From the NCBI GenBank assembly GCA_036172245.1, contig JAYWIR010000084.1:248001-312000 (forward strand): a stretch of 64,000 nt of DNA. Direction: 5' to 3'. The notes beneath the pieces are model-generated. The model was not told the origin of the DNA. It did no database searches and worked only from the letters and a program-made list of their open reading frames with translations. Numbering within the stretch: the stretch's first letter is position 1; every line of letters begins with the position of its first letter. Shown piece by piece: positions 1 through 12,589 of the stretch. The DNA is from Raillietiella orientalis. Lineage: Eukaryota. A program made the position numbers and the translations under genes.

Positions 1-3000
1 AAATGCAAAGCACGCGCTGATCAAGATGAATTTCATACACCGATTCGACGAGCAGAGAACTTAAAGTGGTGCTGCAGAATATTTAAAACGATGATTCCTA
101 AGACACAGAGAAAGAGCCTAACCGACAGAGAGCGAACTAGACTGGAATCTCAATGAACAGATGAACGTTTGTCATGAGAAGGGAAACTCGAACATGCGGT
201 TTCCGTCTGCAAACAGAATGGTCCTGAACGAACTCGTGGATCCGCTTGTGTGATATATATATTTCTTTGGTGCCTATGTCATGGAACACGAAACTTCTAG
301 ATCCGTTTTCATTTTATAGTAAACTAGCGGCATTTGTTTGCAATTTCAACAGAACACAGCATTTTCTATCCCTCAATGTAAGGAATATTCATACATATCT
401 ATATACATCCTCACTCCTCTTTGGATATTCCAAACGCCATTTCAACTGACACTGCTCTTATGGACGTACCGCAGTCAGGATATTCTCCCAGAGCGTAAAA
501 ACAGATTCCGAAATGTAAAAGCGAAAGCAAGGAGAAACATATCTGATAGAAAAGGACACCAGACAAATGTGAAAGGTTAATCAAGGCATCCCAGGATATG
601 TCAAGCATGTACTAGGATTGACAGGAATTGAAGTGCCATCAGCGAAAACGACCTTTGCGGAATTTCATATGGCAGTACCATTCTCAAAAGGGAGCATATC
701 AAAAATGATTTTCGTATTAATGTATCCTGAAACCAAGGGCAGTGATCTAAATGGTGAATAAAGGAAAAAATAGATCGTGTTCTTCTATCATCATAGAATA
801 AACGATTCGAAGTGCACATTTAAATATACATTCAGATTTAAAAGGATGTACGCAGTGAAGTAAAGAGTTTATTGAAATGAAGACATCATGAGATTCTTCT
901 TTAGAGTGTGGCGAAGTAGAATTCTGTAGCAAACCCTCTTTTACTTACTAGACTTCCAAGTAAGGTTGAGTGGTTTTTCATGCGAACGACAAGTTTGCAG
1001 TGAAGCAAGTGGAATTAAGAGACGAGAAGACTCTTCCCAACAGGTGTATTGGGAGGGTCTAAAGAGATCTGCTATGTGCATCTGCTTTGTTCTTAATGTA
1101 CCCATTTTTAAATTGCAAAGCATAAAGTTAAGTTATTATCAATTAAGCGTGTTGGGATGGGAAACGAATACATCCTTCAGTTTGAAAACTTATGGAATGT
1201 TAGGAGAGGTGAGTCTCCCCACCATGCGTCTTATACTTACCTATAACGCAGATTCACGCAGAAAATCTCGAGGTGAAATGAAGAAACTCTTTTATCATTC
1301 GCAGATACAAAAAAGCACAAGGAATCTATGAGCTCCTCAATCCTTGACGATGACATTCAGTAAGGTGCCTGCTTGCCAGTAACAAGAAAACGTGGTTGGT
1401 ATTCTTCCAGCATTTGGACCGACGACGAGTCTGAGAAGAAAAAGTATCAGTTTTATCCCTAAACCTTTGAATATCAAGTATCTGGTACTTTTGAAAAGTT
1501 CTTCTATCATGGACCCGTTCTCCGGTTGAAAAAAGTTAAAGAAAAGCCTCAGTTATGAAGCATGCTGTAAATGACACATGCATCAGAAACGAAAAAAAGG
1601 GAAAGTTTAAATACCACGGAACATCCTAACAGAGTTTTTAAAACCTCTCTCATATTCAAAACGAAAATAAAGTCACAAGGTTGCACGATTTAAAAGGCGT
1701 CTAAAATCTGTCAACTTTCACATATCTGCACATTACATATTTCAAAGAACTCCTCAAATTGATTCCATAAAATTACAACGGTTGTGCATCAGCTGAAGGG
1801 ACACATTAAAAAAGATGCTTTCAATAATATTCTTTAAAGCCACAACAAAATTAATAGTTAAGCAAATACTTGAAACGTCATACCTCTGTCTCCTATCAGG
1901 GTAAACGAGGTCACAAGTACCATTGAATGCTGTCAAAACAAAATTAGCCATCATAGGTTCACGACTTTCTTTGACCTAGAATTATCAATAGTTTTCGAAC
2001 ACTGCAAAAACATGCTTACATATAGTTCCGAATAGCATTGACCTTGACCTAGTCCATGCGAACGACTATTGATAGACAATTCACATGCGGCGTACCTGTT
2101 GTCGAAGGTATATTGACATCCTCCAACAGGAGGACGCAGACCAATGACGCGTGGCAAAACTTTAAGCCCTACAGAATTAGTCTTCCACCAGATAGTCAGA
2201 AGTTCCCATTGCCTGGCAAAACAGGAGTACAACAACCTAAAACGAAAAGCACTACAGTAAATATTTGCATTCAAGTGAGCAAAGGACTAGTAAAATTGCC
2301 AAAGTTAAAAGGATCACACAAGAGTCTTCCTTTTGAAATTTAAGTGCAGCAGCCATACAAAGCTCATCGAAAAGCACCGCAAACGACAGCGCTTGCTCCA
2401 TTAGCAGCATAAGCTTGCTCCTGTACCAGCCTTCGGAAAAACTTTAAGACTCTTTGAAGACCCTAAACACGTAAGATTCAAAAAAACTATACCTTCGCAT
2501 ACATTATCAAGATTTACGCGTGCAAAATAGCAAGCACTAATGAAAGGAAATCCAAAAAAAAAAACAAGATATATCCAGGAGAGCAGAAGAAACAACAAAA
2601 GCAACGAATCTCTCATAACAAGTAAATCAGATAGAAAATAAAAAAGGTTCCAAACCTCTAGATGATACACTAGTCAGAAATTCTCTAAGGGAAAGTTAAG
2701 AAACCGAAAATGCAACGAGAGTAACGGATCAAGGGAAAAAATGCAAGTACCACGAATTCATTCAAATGCCAATCAAAGCAGCAGATACATCACTAAGCAA
2801 CTCTAATAGTCACTAGTCGAACTAATTGTACCACAACGCGCTGTGTACTATTAAATCAACGATCCAATTGCAAATTGCCAAAAACAGCTTGCATACGAAA
2901 GAAGACCTGAAGTCCCACGATGAACATCCTTTCAAGAACCAAATACTGCTTACGAAGTTGAACAGAATTGATGACATCCTTTCACTCGAAATGCTAGCCG

Positions 3001-4980
3001 ATCCAGAAGCAGAATGGAGCATCACATTGAGAGGAGAACGCTGCTCTGATGGGTTTTATACAGAGTCACTTGCGGTTTCCTATAACACATGATATTCCCT
3101 TGCCCCTCCTTCCCCTACGCCGTTCTCCCAACAAGTGCTGGAATCTCTCTTTCGTGATGCGCAAAACAACGGATGATTTACTTTTTCACAGGACGTTCTC
3201 GGCTAACCGAAGGCGGAGAACATTTTCGTATTCCAAAGAAAAATAGCCCACATGAGTGTCAACGGAATGTTTCCGAAGAAAGAAGGAAACTAAACGAGTT
3301 TACAGCTTAGCATGCGTCTCAAAGGAGCGGTGAGATGCCCGGACCACTGATAGCTTTCAAGTATGGTAGGAAAGAGGATTGAACGAGGTAGGCGACGTGG
3401 GAAAAAGGATTGCGATGAAAGACAATATGGAGCAGGCAAGAAACGAGGGCACCGTCACCAAAGGTTGAGATACGGTTCCGATGAACACGTGGAGATCCTG
3501 CAGAAGCAAGTAGAATGAGAGCAGATTTGAGAATAACATGTGCAAGCGCATCAAGATAGGAGCATCCCACCTGCACCATCACAGCAAACGCACCAATGCG
3601 AGCAGCCGGCAACTGCAAACAGCAAAGCGCGTATTGTGGCGCAAAAAGTATCAACGGGCACAATGTGCGAAGGCACAAAATTTGGAAGCGACCTTTGCTT
3701 CCGCGATCCCAATCCACTTTATGGATGTGGCGGCTATTTGTACATTCGGCGCTTACGGAAAAGCTAAGGGGTTCCTTTGGTGGCACAGTCACTTCCAGAA
3801 GGAAATAAAACTGTTGCTTGTCTTTAGAAAACGTGGATGCGTCGCAGAGAACATTTCCATTTCCATCTTCCGAAAGGTATGCAAAAAAAACTCCCTAAGA
3901 GGTGATCCTACACAATAATAGGTATTTTATTACTAGATCTGTACGTTCTTCTGTGATGATCGCAAAAAGATCTTTGAGACTTTTCTCAGCAATGGTTTGG
4001 CTGAAACAGTTCGCAGAAGAGGGTCGTACGAGGACATTAAACAGTGGTGCAAGAAACATAAAAGAAATCAGTAATTGAAGAACAACGCACTAAAATTATT
4101 AAGAGGTGGACAAGAAATCGCAGCTTGTCAGCTTCGGCTTTTCTCATCCTGTCAAAGATGCTGCAAAATTAGAGCTCGCTGCGAACTATACGGAAGCATT
4201 TCATGAGATCTTCGCAAACAGCAAACATCTCGTCTGTTTTGCAACCCGACTACAGCTTTGCCACGAGATCCGTCCTGTAGACACACTAAATTGAATTAAG
4301 CTATGGATAAACAGCATGAGAAGAGCGTTGATCAAATAATTATTACACTGCAAGTTGTCTAGGGGAACCGATTTTCGTTTGAGCCTCTTAAGCATAAGAG
4401 GAGAACCATTGCAATGTTACTTATGTGAGCCCAGTGCGTCACTGCAATTATTACTCCTCGTTTCCAAGAAATTATAAAAAACCAGCACTTGAACATTTTC
4501 CAAAAGTAAGTCACGCTGAAGGTGCCATTTGCTGATTTGTTTGGCAGATTCGCATGTCTCTGAGCCGCAACTTTGCATTTTGCGTCGCAAGTGTTCGTCC
4601 CATCTTTTGAAACAAGCAGCAATCAAACCCTGGATTGCGTGTGCTTATGTAAAACTGTGGGGCTGTGAGCATCCTTAAAATAAACGCAATGCTTAGCAGG
4701 GACTCCCTTCTTTCTGAAGCATCTAGCACGTGCCTTCAAATTGAAATAGTTCTTGATTCTGGAAGAGAGGTTCCGCGCAGTTATCACTACATCTGTGAAT
4801 TGCAGCAAGGTGTCCCTGCTCTTTCGTGCTCTTCTTACGTAGATGCGCTGTAGCGACTCCGAATACCGCTTCTTTCATGGGATCCAGGATGCTTCAGTGC
4901 GGGTGCTAACCACAATACATGCAAAGACGGCATGACATGCAACAGATGAACTCTGAATCTGAGTAGGAAGCAAACAAGTT
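1..4980 (+). pseudogene. Possible decayed coding sequence of unknown family (+ copy)
   Basis: A-rich + strand and protein-like frames broken by stops and frameshifts. In one short stretch (~3750-3810) differences from the inverted paralog fall mostly on one codon position. No recognisable domain; coding strand not certain. Confidence 0.3.
2420..4040 (+). repeat. Left arm of long inverted duplication (partner ~7925-9546)
   Basis: Reverse-complement match to 7925-9546. 3045-3497 is near-identical to 8493-8947; flanks are more diverged. ORFs 3319..3792(-) and 8339..8671(+) both end LPYLKAISGPGISPLL. Confidence 0.93.
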
Positions 4981-5790
4981 GAAAACACTCTTTTTTGAAA
5001 TTCTTGGCCGAGTGGCGCCATTATGAACTTGTTTGCCTCTTACTCTGATTCAAGGATCATCTGTTGCACGCCATGCCATGTTTGCGTGAACTCTGGTTAG
5101 AACTCGCGATGTGACGGCCTCCATCTCATGAAAGAAGAGTGTCAGCGCATATACGTAAGAACAGCACGCAAGAGCAAGGACACCTTGCTGCACATCCCCA
5201 CATGCAGTTGTAACTGTGCGGAACCTCTCTTCCAGAATCCAGAAGTATTTCACTATGGAGGCACCTGCTAGATGCTTCAGAAAGCAGGGAGTCCCTGCTA
5301 AGCATTGCGTTTATTTTAAGGATGCTCACAGCCCCACAGTTTTACATAAGCACACGCAATCCAGGGTTTGATTGCTGCTTGTTTCAAAAGATGGGACGAA
5401 CATTTGCGACGCAAAATGCAAAGTTGCGGTTAGAGGACATACGAATGCACCAAACAAATTAGCAAATGGCACCTTGAGCTGGACTTACTTTGGAAAATAT
5501 TCAACTGCTGGTTTTTTATAATTTCTTGAAAACGAGGAGTAATAATTGCAGTGACGCACTGGGCTTACATGAGTAACATTGCAATGGTTCTCCTCTTATG
5601 CTTAAGAAGCTCAAACGAAAATCGGTTTTCCTAGACAACTTGCACTGTAATAATTATTTGATCAACGCTCTTCTCATGCTGTTTATCCATAGCTTAATTC
5701 AATTTAGTGTGTCTACAGGACGGATCTCGTGGCAAATCGGCATTTGTACAGCAAAACAGCCATTTGTTTGTTGTTTGCGAAGATATCATA
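4200..5790. repeat. Long palindrome: arms ~4200-4980 and ~5026-5790, loop ~4981-5025
   Basis: Arms are reverse complements. ORFs 4201..4395(-) and 5598..5834(+) share DNLxCNNYLINALLMLFIHSLIQFSVSTGRISWQ; 4665(+) and 5126..5329(-) share SILKINAMLSRDSLLSEASS. GCAAACAAGTT ends at 4980 and AACTTGTTTGC starts at 5026. Confidence 0.95.
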
Positions 5791-8700
5791 ACAATCAAAA
5801 TCATTTCAATGCAGCACCTCGGAGATCTTGGTGAAGAATAACTAACAAGTGATTATGGCATTTTTGTGTATTACCCTCACAAAATTCAATCAGAATGCTT
5901 TTTTGGCGTTTTGTGGAAGAAAAAGCACGTGAAGTTGAAAGTGCGACATAACTGTCGAATCCAGGTTTTCTCTATATGCGAAATTTCAATTCAGACTGAA
6001 TTGCGTACCAGTCTCCTCCTGCTTTGGTCAACTGTTTTTCTTGCTGCAGACTGCTTGCATTCTGGAAACCCTGCAAGTCTGTTTCCGGCCACCGTCTGCA
6101 GTTTGCTCGAACCTTCTGGTTGATCGAACGTTTTGTTCACTGCTTGCACGAAAATGCCTCTCACGCCTTCCGCAACGCATCCACGATTCTTCATTCAGGT
6201 AAAAACAGGAGAACAGTCTATTAATGTGATCAACACCAGGGGCCATGGGCATCACGAATAACCTTGTAGAAACAAATCTGTTCGAATCGCACGATTTCAG
6301 AGAGAACAATTCGTTAGCTCGAAAAGAATCGACCTGCGGCCCTTATGTCAGATGGACCAGTCTGCCATTGCATGCAAGCAAATCTTCAGGAGCACTCGAA
6401 TAGAAAGTGGTATGATGGCTAAGAAACGAGCATTGCAAAATGGTATTTGCATTTCATCGATGAATCTCGCCAGGTTCTCCGCTGCTTTGATTCAGGATGA
6501 GTGGCAATCGGATTACACTCAGTACGGAAATAAATAATATCCTTGTACTCGCGTTCGGCACAACAGGGAGATCAACTCTGTCTCTTTCCCTTTGAGGGAC
6601 CCTGAAGATGCCCAGCATTGTGGCCATGGGAACATAAGCGAGTGCCGCGGTCAGCAGAAACCTGCCGAGTGTTGTGGCAGTGGTTCTACATCGCATGTTT
6701 TGTTGTGCAGATCGAATTCGGACTGCTGATCTTTCGAACATGTCCACATTCCTTATATCTCAAAGTATCTAGCAGGAAAAGTAAGTATTATACAAAGCAA
6801 ACAATGCTTGCGTGTGTGTTTTGCACGTATCCAATACGTGCTTTCGTCGTGCTTCCCGTGTTGTTCAAAAGGAACCGAACGTTCTTTTACTCGTCCTGTA
6901 TAAAATTTTTCTAATAGACAGCGTTGATTTGCGCGGTTAATAAGATACTATAGTTCTTCCAATATTCCAAAGCTAGTGACGGCTATTTGGCTACCAGCTT
7001 CACCAGATGATGACCTCTATTAAATACCACGCACAGATTCTCTGTACGCTGAGGTGCTCCAAAGAGGAAACCCTGTTCTCGATGCTTTCTCAAGGTTAAA
7101 ATGCACTTCCTGAGTACTACGTTCTGGACACAGACAACTTTTTTTACTGTGATTCTTTCGTGGCTACGTAGTAACACAGACAGCCAGAATATGGCTACAT
7201 AGAATTTACACTGCTACGTTGCATTAAGGATGCAGATGTTGAAATGCTGAGCGGTGAGTCTAGCGCTTAAATATTCCCCTTTGCTCTCCTATTTGTAGGA
7301 ATTCAGCGGAGCAATCGAGATCCCGTTGCCAGCATTGAAGATCTCCAGGCGGTTGTGCGATAAATGTATGCTCCTTCTCAGATGGAAAATTTCTTTTTCG
7401 CGACTGTTGCACTCAGGCAACCCATGAAACGCGAATCCAAGTAGTTGATAAGAAATGGTCTGGCAAGGGAATGGAACAGACGAGGCAAAATGGAAACTTT
7501 GCGCTTCTGCCTAACGAGTGCTTTCCTTTTAGTCGTGAGAGTGGAATTTTGACTACGTCCAAGAACTTCTGAAAGGCCACCGGGGGTCTTTTATTTCTCT
7601 GCACTAGCAAACAAAAGCTTCTCGCCTGAGTGATCTCAGTGTTGTGCTCTGCTTGCGAAACCGCTTCTATCAAGAGTACTGAAGATGTCGGAATGATAAA
7701 CAAGCCATTCTTCCCGAATTGACGAATTACTTAGGATGAAATGAATAGATAGGACATGTCACACGGTGAGATGCTCGCGCATAGTACGGAACGAGCACGA
7801 ATTTGCCAACCTTCTTGAGAGGTTGAGAAGGACAGCAGGAGGAAACTGCGATCTCTTCCTGATCCTATGATCATGTCAGTACTTTCTCCTTCATTTTTTA
7901 CTTCTTTTTTATTTCCTCTTCCATTCTTCAATGTTCTACTACGAAGCTCTTTCTGCCAATTGTTTCGAAGGAACTTTTCCTGAGAAAAGCTTTTAAGAGC
8001 TTTCTGCTTTCATCAAAAAGTAAAAAACCAGTAATAAAATTTGTATTATTGTGTACGATAGTTTTTTGAGGAATTTTTTTCGTATACCACACTAAAGTTG
8101 GAATTGAAATTGCCGTCGGCAATGGATCCAAGTTTTCTCTTGTGGAGCCGCAGTTTCTTTCCCTTCTGGAAGTTAGTGGGCCACCCAAAGAAACCCTTAG
8201 CATGTCCGTCAGCGCCAAATGCATAAATAGCTGCCGCCTCCAAGGAGCGCTTTGGGTTGGCAGAATTAAAGTTTCCTTGCAGGTGTTATGCCTTCGCACT
8301 CTGTGCCCGCGGTTCTTTTTTCTACGCGCTTATAGTACGTGCTTTGCCGTTTGCAGTTGCCGGCTACTCGCAGTGGGGCACTCGCTGTGTTGGTACAGAT
8401 GGGATACTCCTGCCTTGTTCCGCTTGCACGCGTTATTCTCGAGTTTGCTACCATTCTACTTGCTTCTGTTCCGATCAACACGTGGACATCCAGATCTCCA
8501 CGTGTTGATAGGAACCGTATCTCAACCTTTGGTGACGGTGCCCTCGTTTCTCGCCTGCTCCATATTGTCTCTCATCGCAATCCTTTTTCCCACGTCGCCT
8601 ACCTTGTTCAATGCTCTTTCCTACCATACTTGAAAGCTATCAGTGGTCCAGGCATCTCACCGCTCCTTTGAGACGCATGCTAAGCTGTAAACTCGTTTAG

Positions 8701-11640
8701 TTTCCTTCTTTCTTCGAAAACATTCCGTTGACACTGATGTGGGCTATTTTTCTTTGCAAGGCGAAAATTTTCTCCGCCTTCGGTCAGCCGAGAACGTCCT
8801 GGATGTGGAAAAGTAAATTATATGTAGTTTTGCGCATCACTAAAGAGAGATTCTAGCACTTGTTGGAAGAACGGCGTAGGGGAAGGAGGGGCAAGGAAAT
8901 ATCATGTGTTGTAGGAAACCGCAAGTGATTCTGTATAAAACCCATCTGAGCGGCGTTCTACTCTCAATATGCTGCTTCATTCTGAGCCTATTTGGTCTGG
9001 TATTTCGAGAGAAAGAATGCTGTCACTCCTATTCAACATCGTAAGCAGTATTTGGATTTTGAATTGATGTTGTTCGTAGGATTTCAGTTCTTCTTGTGCA
9101 TGCAAGACTCCTTAGGAAATTTTCTATTATTAACAGCGCGTTGTGGTCCAATTTTTGTGACAACTAAGTTTAAGAGTTTTTTAGTGATGTAGCTATTGCT
9201 TTTATTCGCTCGTGGATGACTCCGTCATACTTGGATTTTCTCCCATGATTCGTTCCTTCCGTTGAATTGCTGGTTTCTTAATTTCCTCTTTGGGATTTAA
9301 GAACAAGTTTGTCATCTTGTGGTTTTCGACTTCTTTTCTCCATGTTCTTCATTTGTCCTGAGAGATTCGTTCCTCTTCTTTTTTTGCTTTCCTGGATTCA
9401 ACTTTTTTCTTTTGTTCCTTTTTATCAGTTTTGGCTATTTTGCACGCGTTGATCTAGATGCTGAAGGCGAAGGAAGTGTTGTTTGCGGAACTAACGTATT
9501 TTGTGTCTCGAAGGAGTCGTGTAATCTTTGCGCAGGCTAGTACAGGGGTAAATTTTATATCGGTCTGCACTTCGGGAAGGTTCTGATTTGTGCGCTTTGT
9601 CTTCCACCATCAATCACCGCTGCGCTATTATTATGAAAGAGCATCTTCCGTGTGGATGTTTTCGTTGCTCCAGTCTTTCTACTCATTTTGTATATTCACT
9701 GTGATTGTTTTCTGAAGTATTTGTTTTCTAGGTTACTTCTGTACTAATTTTCAGCTCTGCAATAATTTTTGCAGCTGATCCTGCAAGAAATATCTCTTCA
9801 GGAGCAGAAAGAGTGATCACCGATTTGCTTGATTTTCGTCAGTTTCAAGGACCTTGTGATTTGTTCTTTGACAAGACGGCCGGAAACTGCCAAGTGTCTT
9901 ACGGTTCCCTGGTTCGACTGCGTAGAGCTTGTGATATTAATATTTTCGTGAGTAAATTACTGCATTCTATCAAACGTTAAATGTATTTCAGGCAACGGGC
10001 CCCTTTGAAAGAGAGAACATCCTTTTCTTTCTTCATGGATTGCCGAATAGCTGCTACCTCCGTTATGCGTCTAGCACGCAGTGGTATGTGTTTCTCTCGT
10101 GTGCTTTTTGATAATGATTGTGCGCATGCTAAACCACAGTATTCTTTGTGTAAATTGCTCTAGATTCTTTTTCTATTTCGGAAGGTTATGTTGATTCGCG
10201 AAATATGATGAATGGATGGTTAAGCATGGATGGGTTCTAAGGAATATGGAAAAGTGTAGGATTTTCCGTTTCTTCAGTAACTTTATTTCTTTGTGGAACG
10301 TTCTGTAAGCATCGAACAGTATTTGCTTTGTGGATTCCCATCTGTTTTTTCCTAAATGTCATACAACATTACGTAGCATTTGCCCTACAGAGATTGGCTT
10401 TTATTTCTCGTTCTTTATCTTTTCAAGGATTATTCTTGAAGTCATTTTGTAATTCAGCGTCTGTTGCGTTTTAGGCTCTCTCCAGGACAGAATGTTGGAT
10501 CCGTGCCTTGCTCTTTGCACTGCGACCCACTTCAACAGCCATCAGTTATGGTTGACATAAGAAGCCTATAATTCGGATGGTAATTGCAAACTCTCAATTG
10601 CTGAGAATAAAATTTCGAAGTTCCTTTGTGCAGTTTCTTTTTCCAAGTTCACCAAAAACCTATGAATATGTGTAAGGGTCCTTTAGAAACAGGGATCAGG
10701 CATGCTAAAATCTCGTCAGCAGTGTGTTCTCTTGAGACCACATGAGGCGAGTTCGGTACTTTCCTCCAAATGCTGCACATTTAAAATAAACTCAATGCTT
10801 CTCATTTTCTGGAAATATAATTTGTTTCTTCATCTAAGCATCCACTTTAAATTATGTAACATTCTTTGTGTAGTAAATTTCTTCAAACCCATTGCATTTC
10901 TTGATACCAAGGCTTCAAAAATGCCGGTGCCTTTATTTTATAAAGTTCCAGGTTTGCGATAATAAAGTCCTCGATCATGAATGAGGCTTGCATGAAGAAT
11001 TCATATCATCAGAATTCTGCAAGAAGCTTCCATAGAAGCAGATCTTAGATCTGTCATCAACGATAGTGTAAAATGAAGGTTATTTAAACATATCGAAACT
11101 TGTTTTTTTGAGAATCTTGTCTGGGGTGTGCTTTGTTCTTCATCACTGAATCCATGGTCTCTCTCTGTGAACAAAAGTAAAAATCCATCGTAAAAATTCT
11201 TTCCTTTGAGTATCATCTATTCATTACTTTGGAAGACTTCATGAATTTCTTCGCACATGTACAGGTTGACTTCAACCTCAGTTGAATTTGGATATTCCGC
11301 AGTCACTTTGATAGCAATGGCGCATTTTAGATATTCGCCGCTGGATAAAAATAATGTGATCCGTGAAACTTATCGATGTGAAAACAAAACTAAATCCATC
11401 AATGCTAATGGCCACATTTTCTATCTGTGATACGTTTCTTACATCGATCATTTTAATTTCTTGAAAAGTACTTTTTATATTCATTTTATTTCTTTTATTT
11501 CTTAGAACTACGATCACCTTATTTAAAAATAGCTGTTTTCTCTTCCTTTTCATTTTCCAGAGGAACCATATTGGCCTAAACTGCAGGATGACTTCCTGAC
11601 AAACTATTCTATTCGAGCATTCCTTAATATAAGACACTTT
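5026..11640 (-). pseudogene. Possible decayed coding sequence of unknown family (- copy, convergent with the + copy)
   Basis: Strand bias is mirrored (T-rich on +, especially 7.9-11.6 kb). Interrupted minus-strand frames include 11278..11637, 11001..11216 and 7928..8299. Homologous in inverted orientation to the + copy. No recognisable domain. Confidence 0.3.
7925..9546 (-). repeat. Right arm of long inverted duplication (partner ~2420-4040)
   Basis: Matching translations, e.g. FISFGYFARVDLD (9319 ORF, +) vs FISACYFARVNLD (2401..2670, -), and ALTDMLRVSLGG vs ALTEKLRGSFGG. Confidence 0.93.
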
Positions 11641-11739
11641 GTAGAAACAACATCATCCCTTCTTCCTTTATGTACTTGCAAATTTGTAATTTTTTTCTTT
11701 CATGCATAACAGTCATCAGTGGTACTTACGAATCAAAGA

Positions 11740-12330
11740 ATTCCACAACATCACTCGCAGCATTTTCGGGGATCGCTAAGGGAATCTGTCTGTCAACGAA
11801 CTCAACCGAATTGGCATGCCAAAGGAAGACCTCTCCATCGTAACCGTAAGGAACATTGGTTACGTAAAGATGCCTTGCAAGGACGCGGTACTTGTGCTGC
11901 CCAGCTTTGAAACCCATTGTCCATCCGTGGCTTGAAAATCTCAGTTACGATGAATGATAGTTTGTGATGGACATCACCATCATTAAGGCGGAAATATCTG
12001 TCAACGATCTTACGAACGCTTTTGCGAAATTCCCCACGATACCCACGCTGTAGATTATGCCGTGAATTTTAATAAAGTTCTTGTGCGTCCACAGCGGAGC
12101 AGTTAAACCGCCGTCCTCTGCCTACGAAGCTACAGATGAAAGACAGTTCAGATGGTTCATCTGTACTGTACCACAGCTAGTTCTCCTGTGGATCGCAGGA
12201 AAGCTTCGCGTGTGAGACTAGTGCGGCGAGGAGGAGCACCCACTCAAGAAATGCGTCTCAGGGAAATTTCATAGCCGCAGGGCGTCTGGGCACAATTTCA
12301 GACAGTGTCCTGAACTTGCTAAGAAAAATA
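11740..12330 (+). mobile_element. Highly degenerate ORF1 remnant of L1/Tx1-like non-LTR retrotransposon (E1)
   Basis: Manual translation LNRIGMPKEDLSIVTVRNIGYVKMPCKDAVL aligns with RALDVKEEELCAMTIRSGGQYVEVICKHGDL of the 24431 ORF. Knuckle remnants KLRV*D*CGEEEHPLKKC and GHNFRQCP at 12201-12311. Confidence 0.7.
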
Positions 12331-12589
12331 AGCGGTGTATCCTTGCTGCCATGAAAAGATTGAAGAAAAACTCATGTCGCGTGACATCCCGTTCCGAAGG
12401 CGCTGTCGTGTACAGGAAAGAGCTAAACTTCTGGAAAATCCCTTGTACCTAGGCAACAACCAAGTGCTGCCGACCCTGTCCGTACAGCAAGCTGGCCGAC
12501 CAGGATTCCCAAGCTTGCCTTCCGGCTACCGCTTTGTATTCCGACAGCCTGCGGATGTCGGAGTGGACGTGCTGTACGTGCGCTCCTTC

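Noticed and set aside
2420..9546. DNA transposon or foldback element with long terminal inverted repeats
   Set aside because: Similarity fades gradually at the outer ends. There are no sharp termini, target-site duplication or transposase remnant.
1..11640. Intact genes read with an alternative genetic code or short introns
   Set aside because: All three stop codons occur and the paralogous arms differ by frameshifting indels. I could not build a consistent model. Not fully excluded without RNA data.
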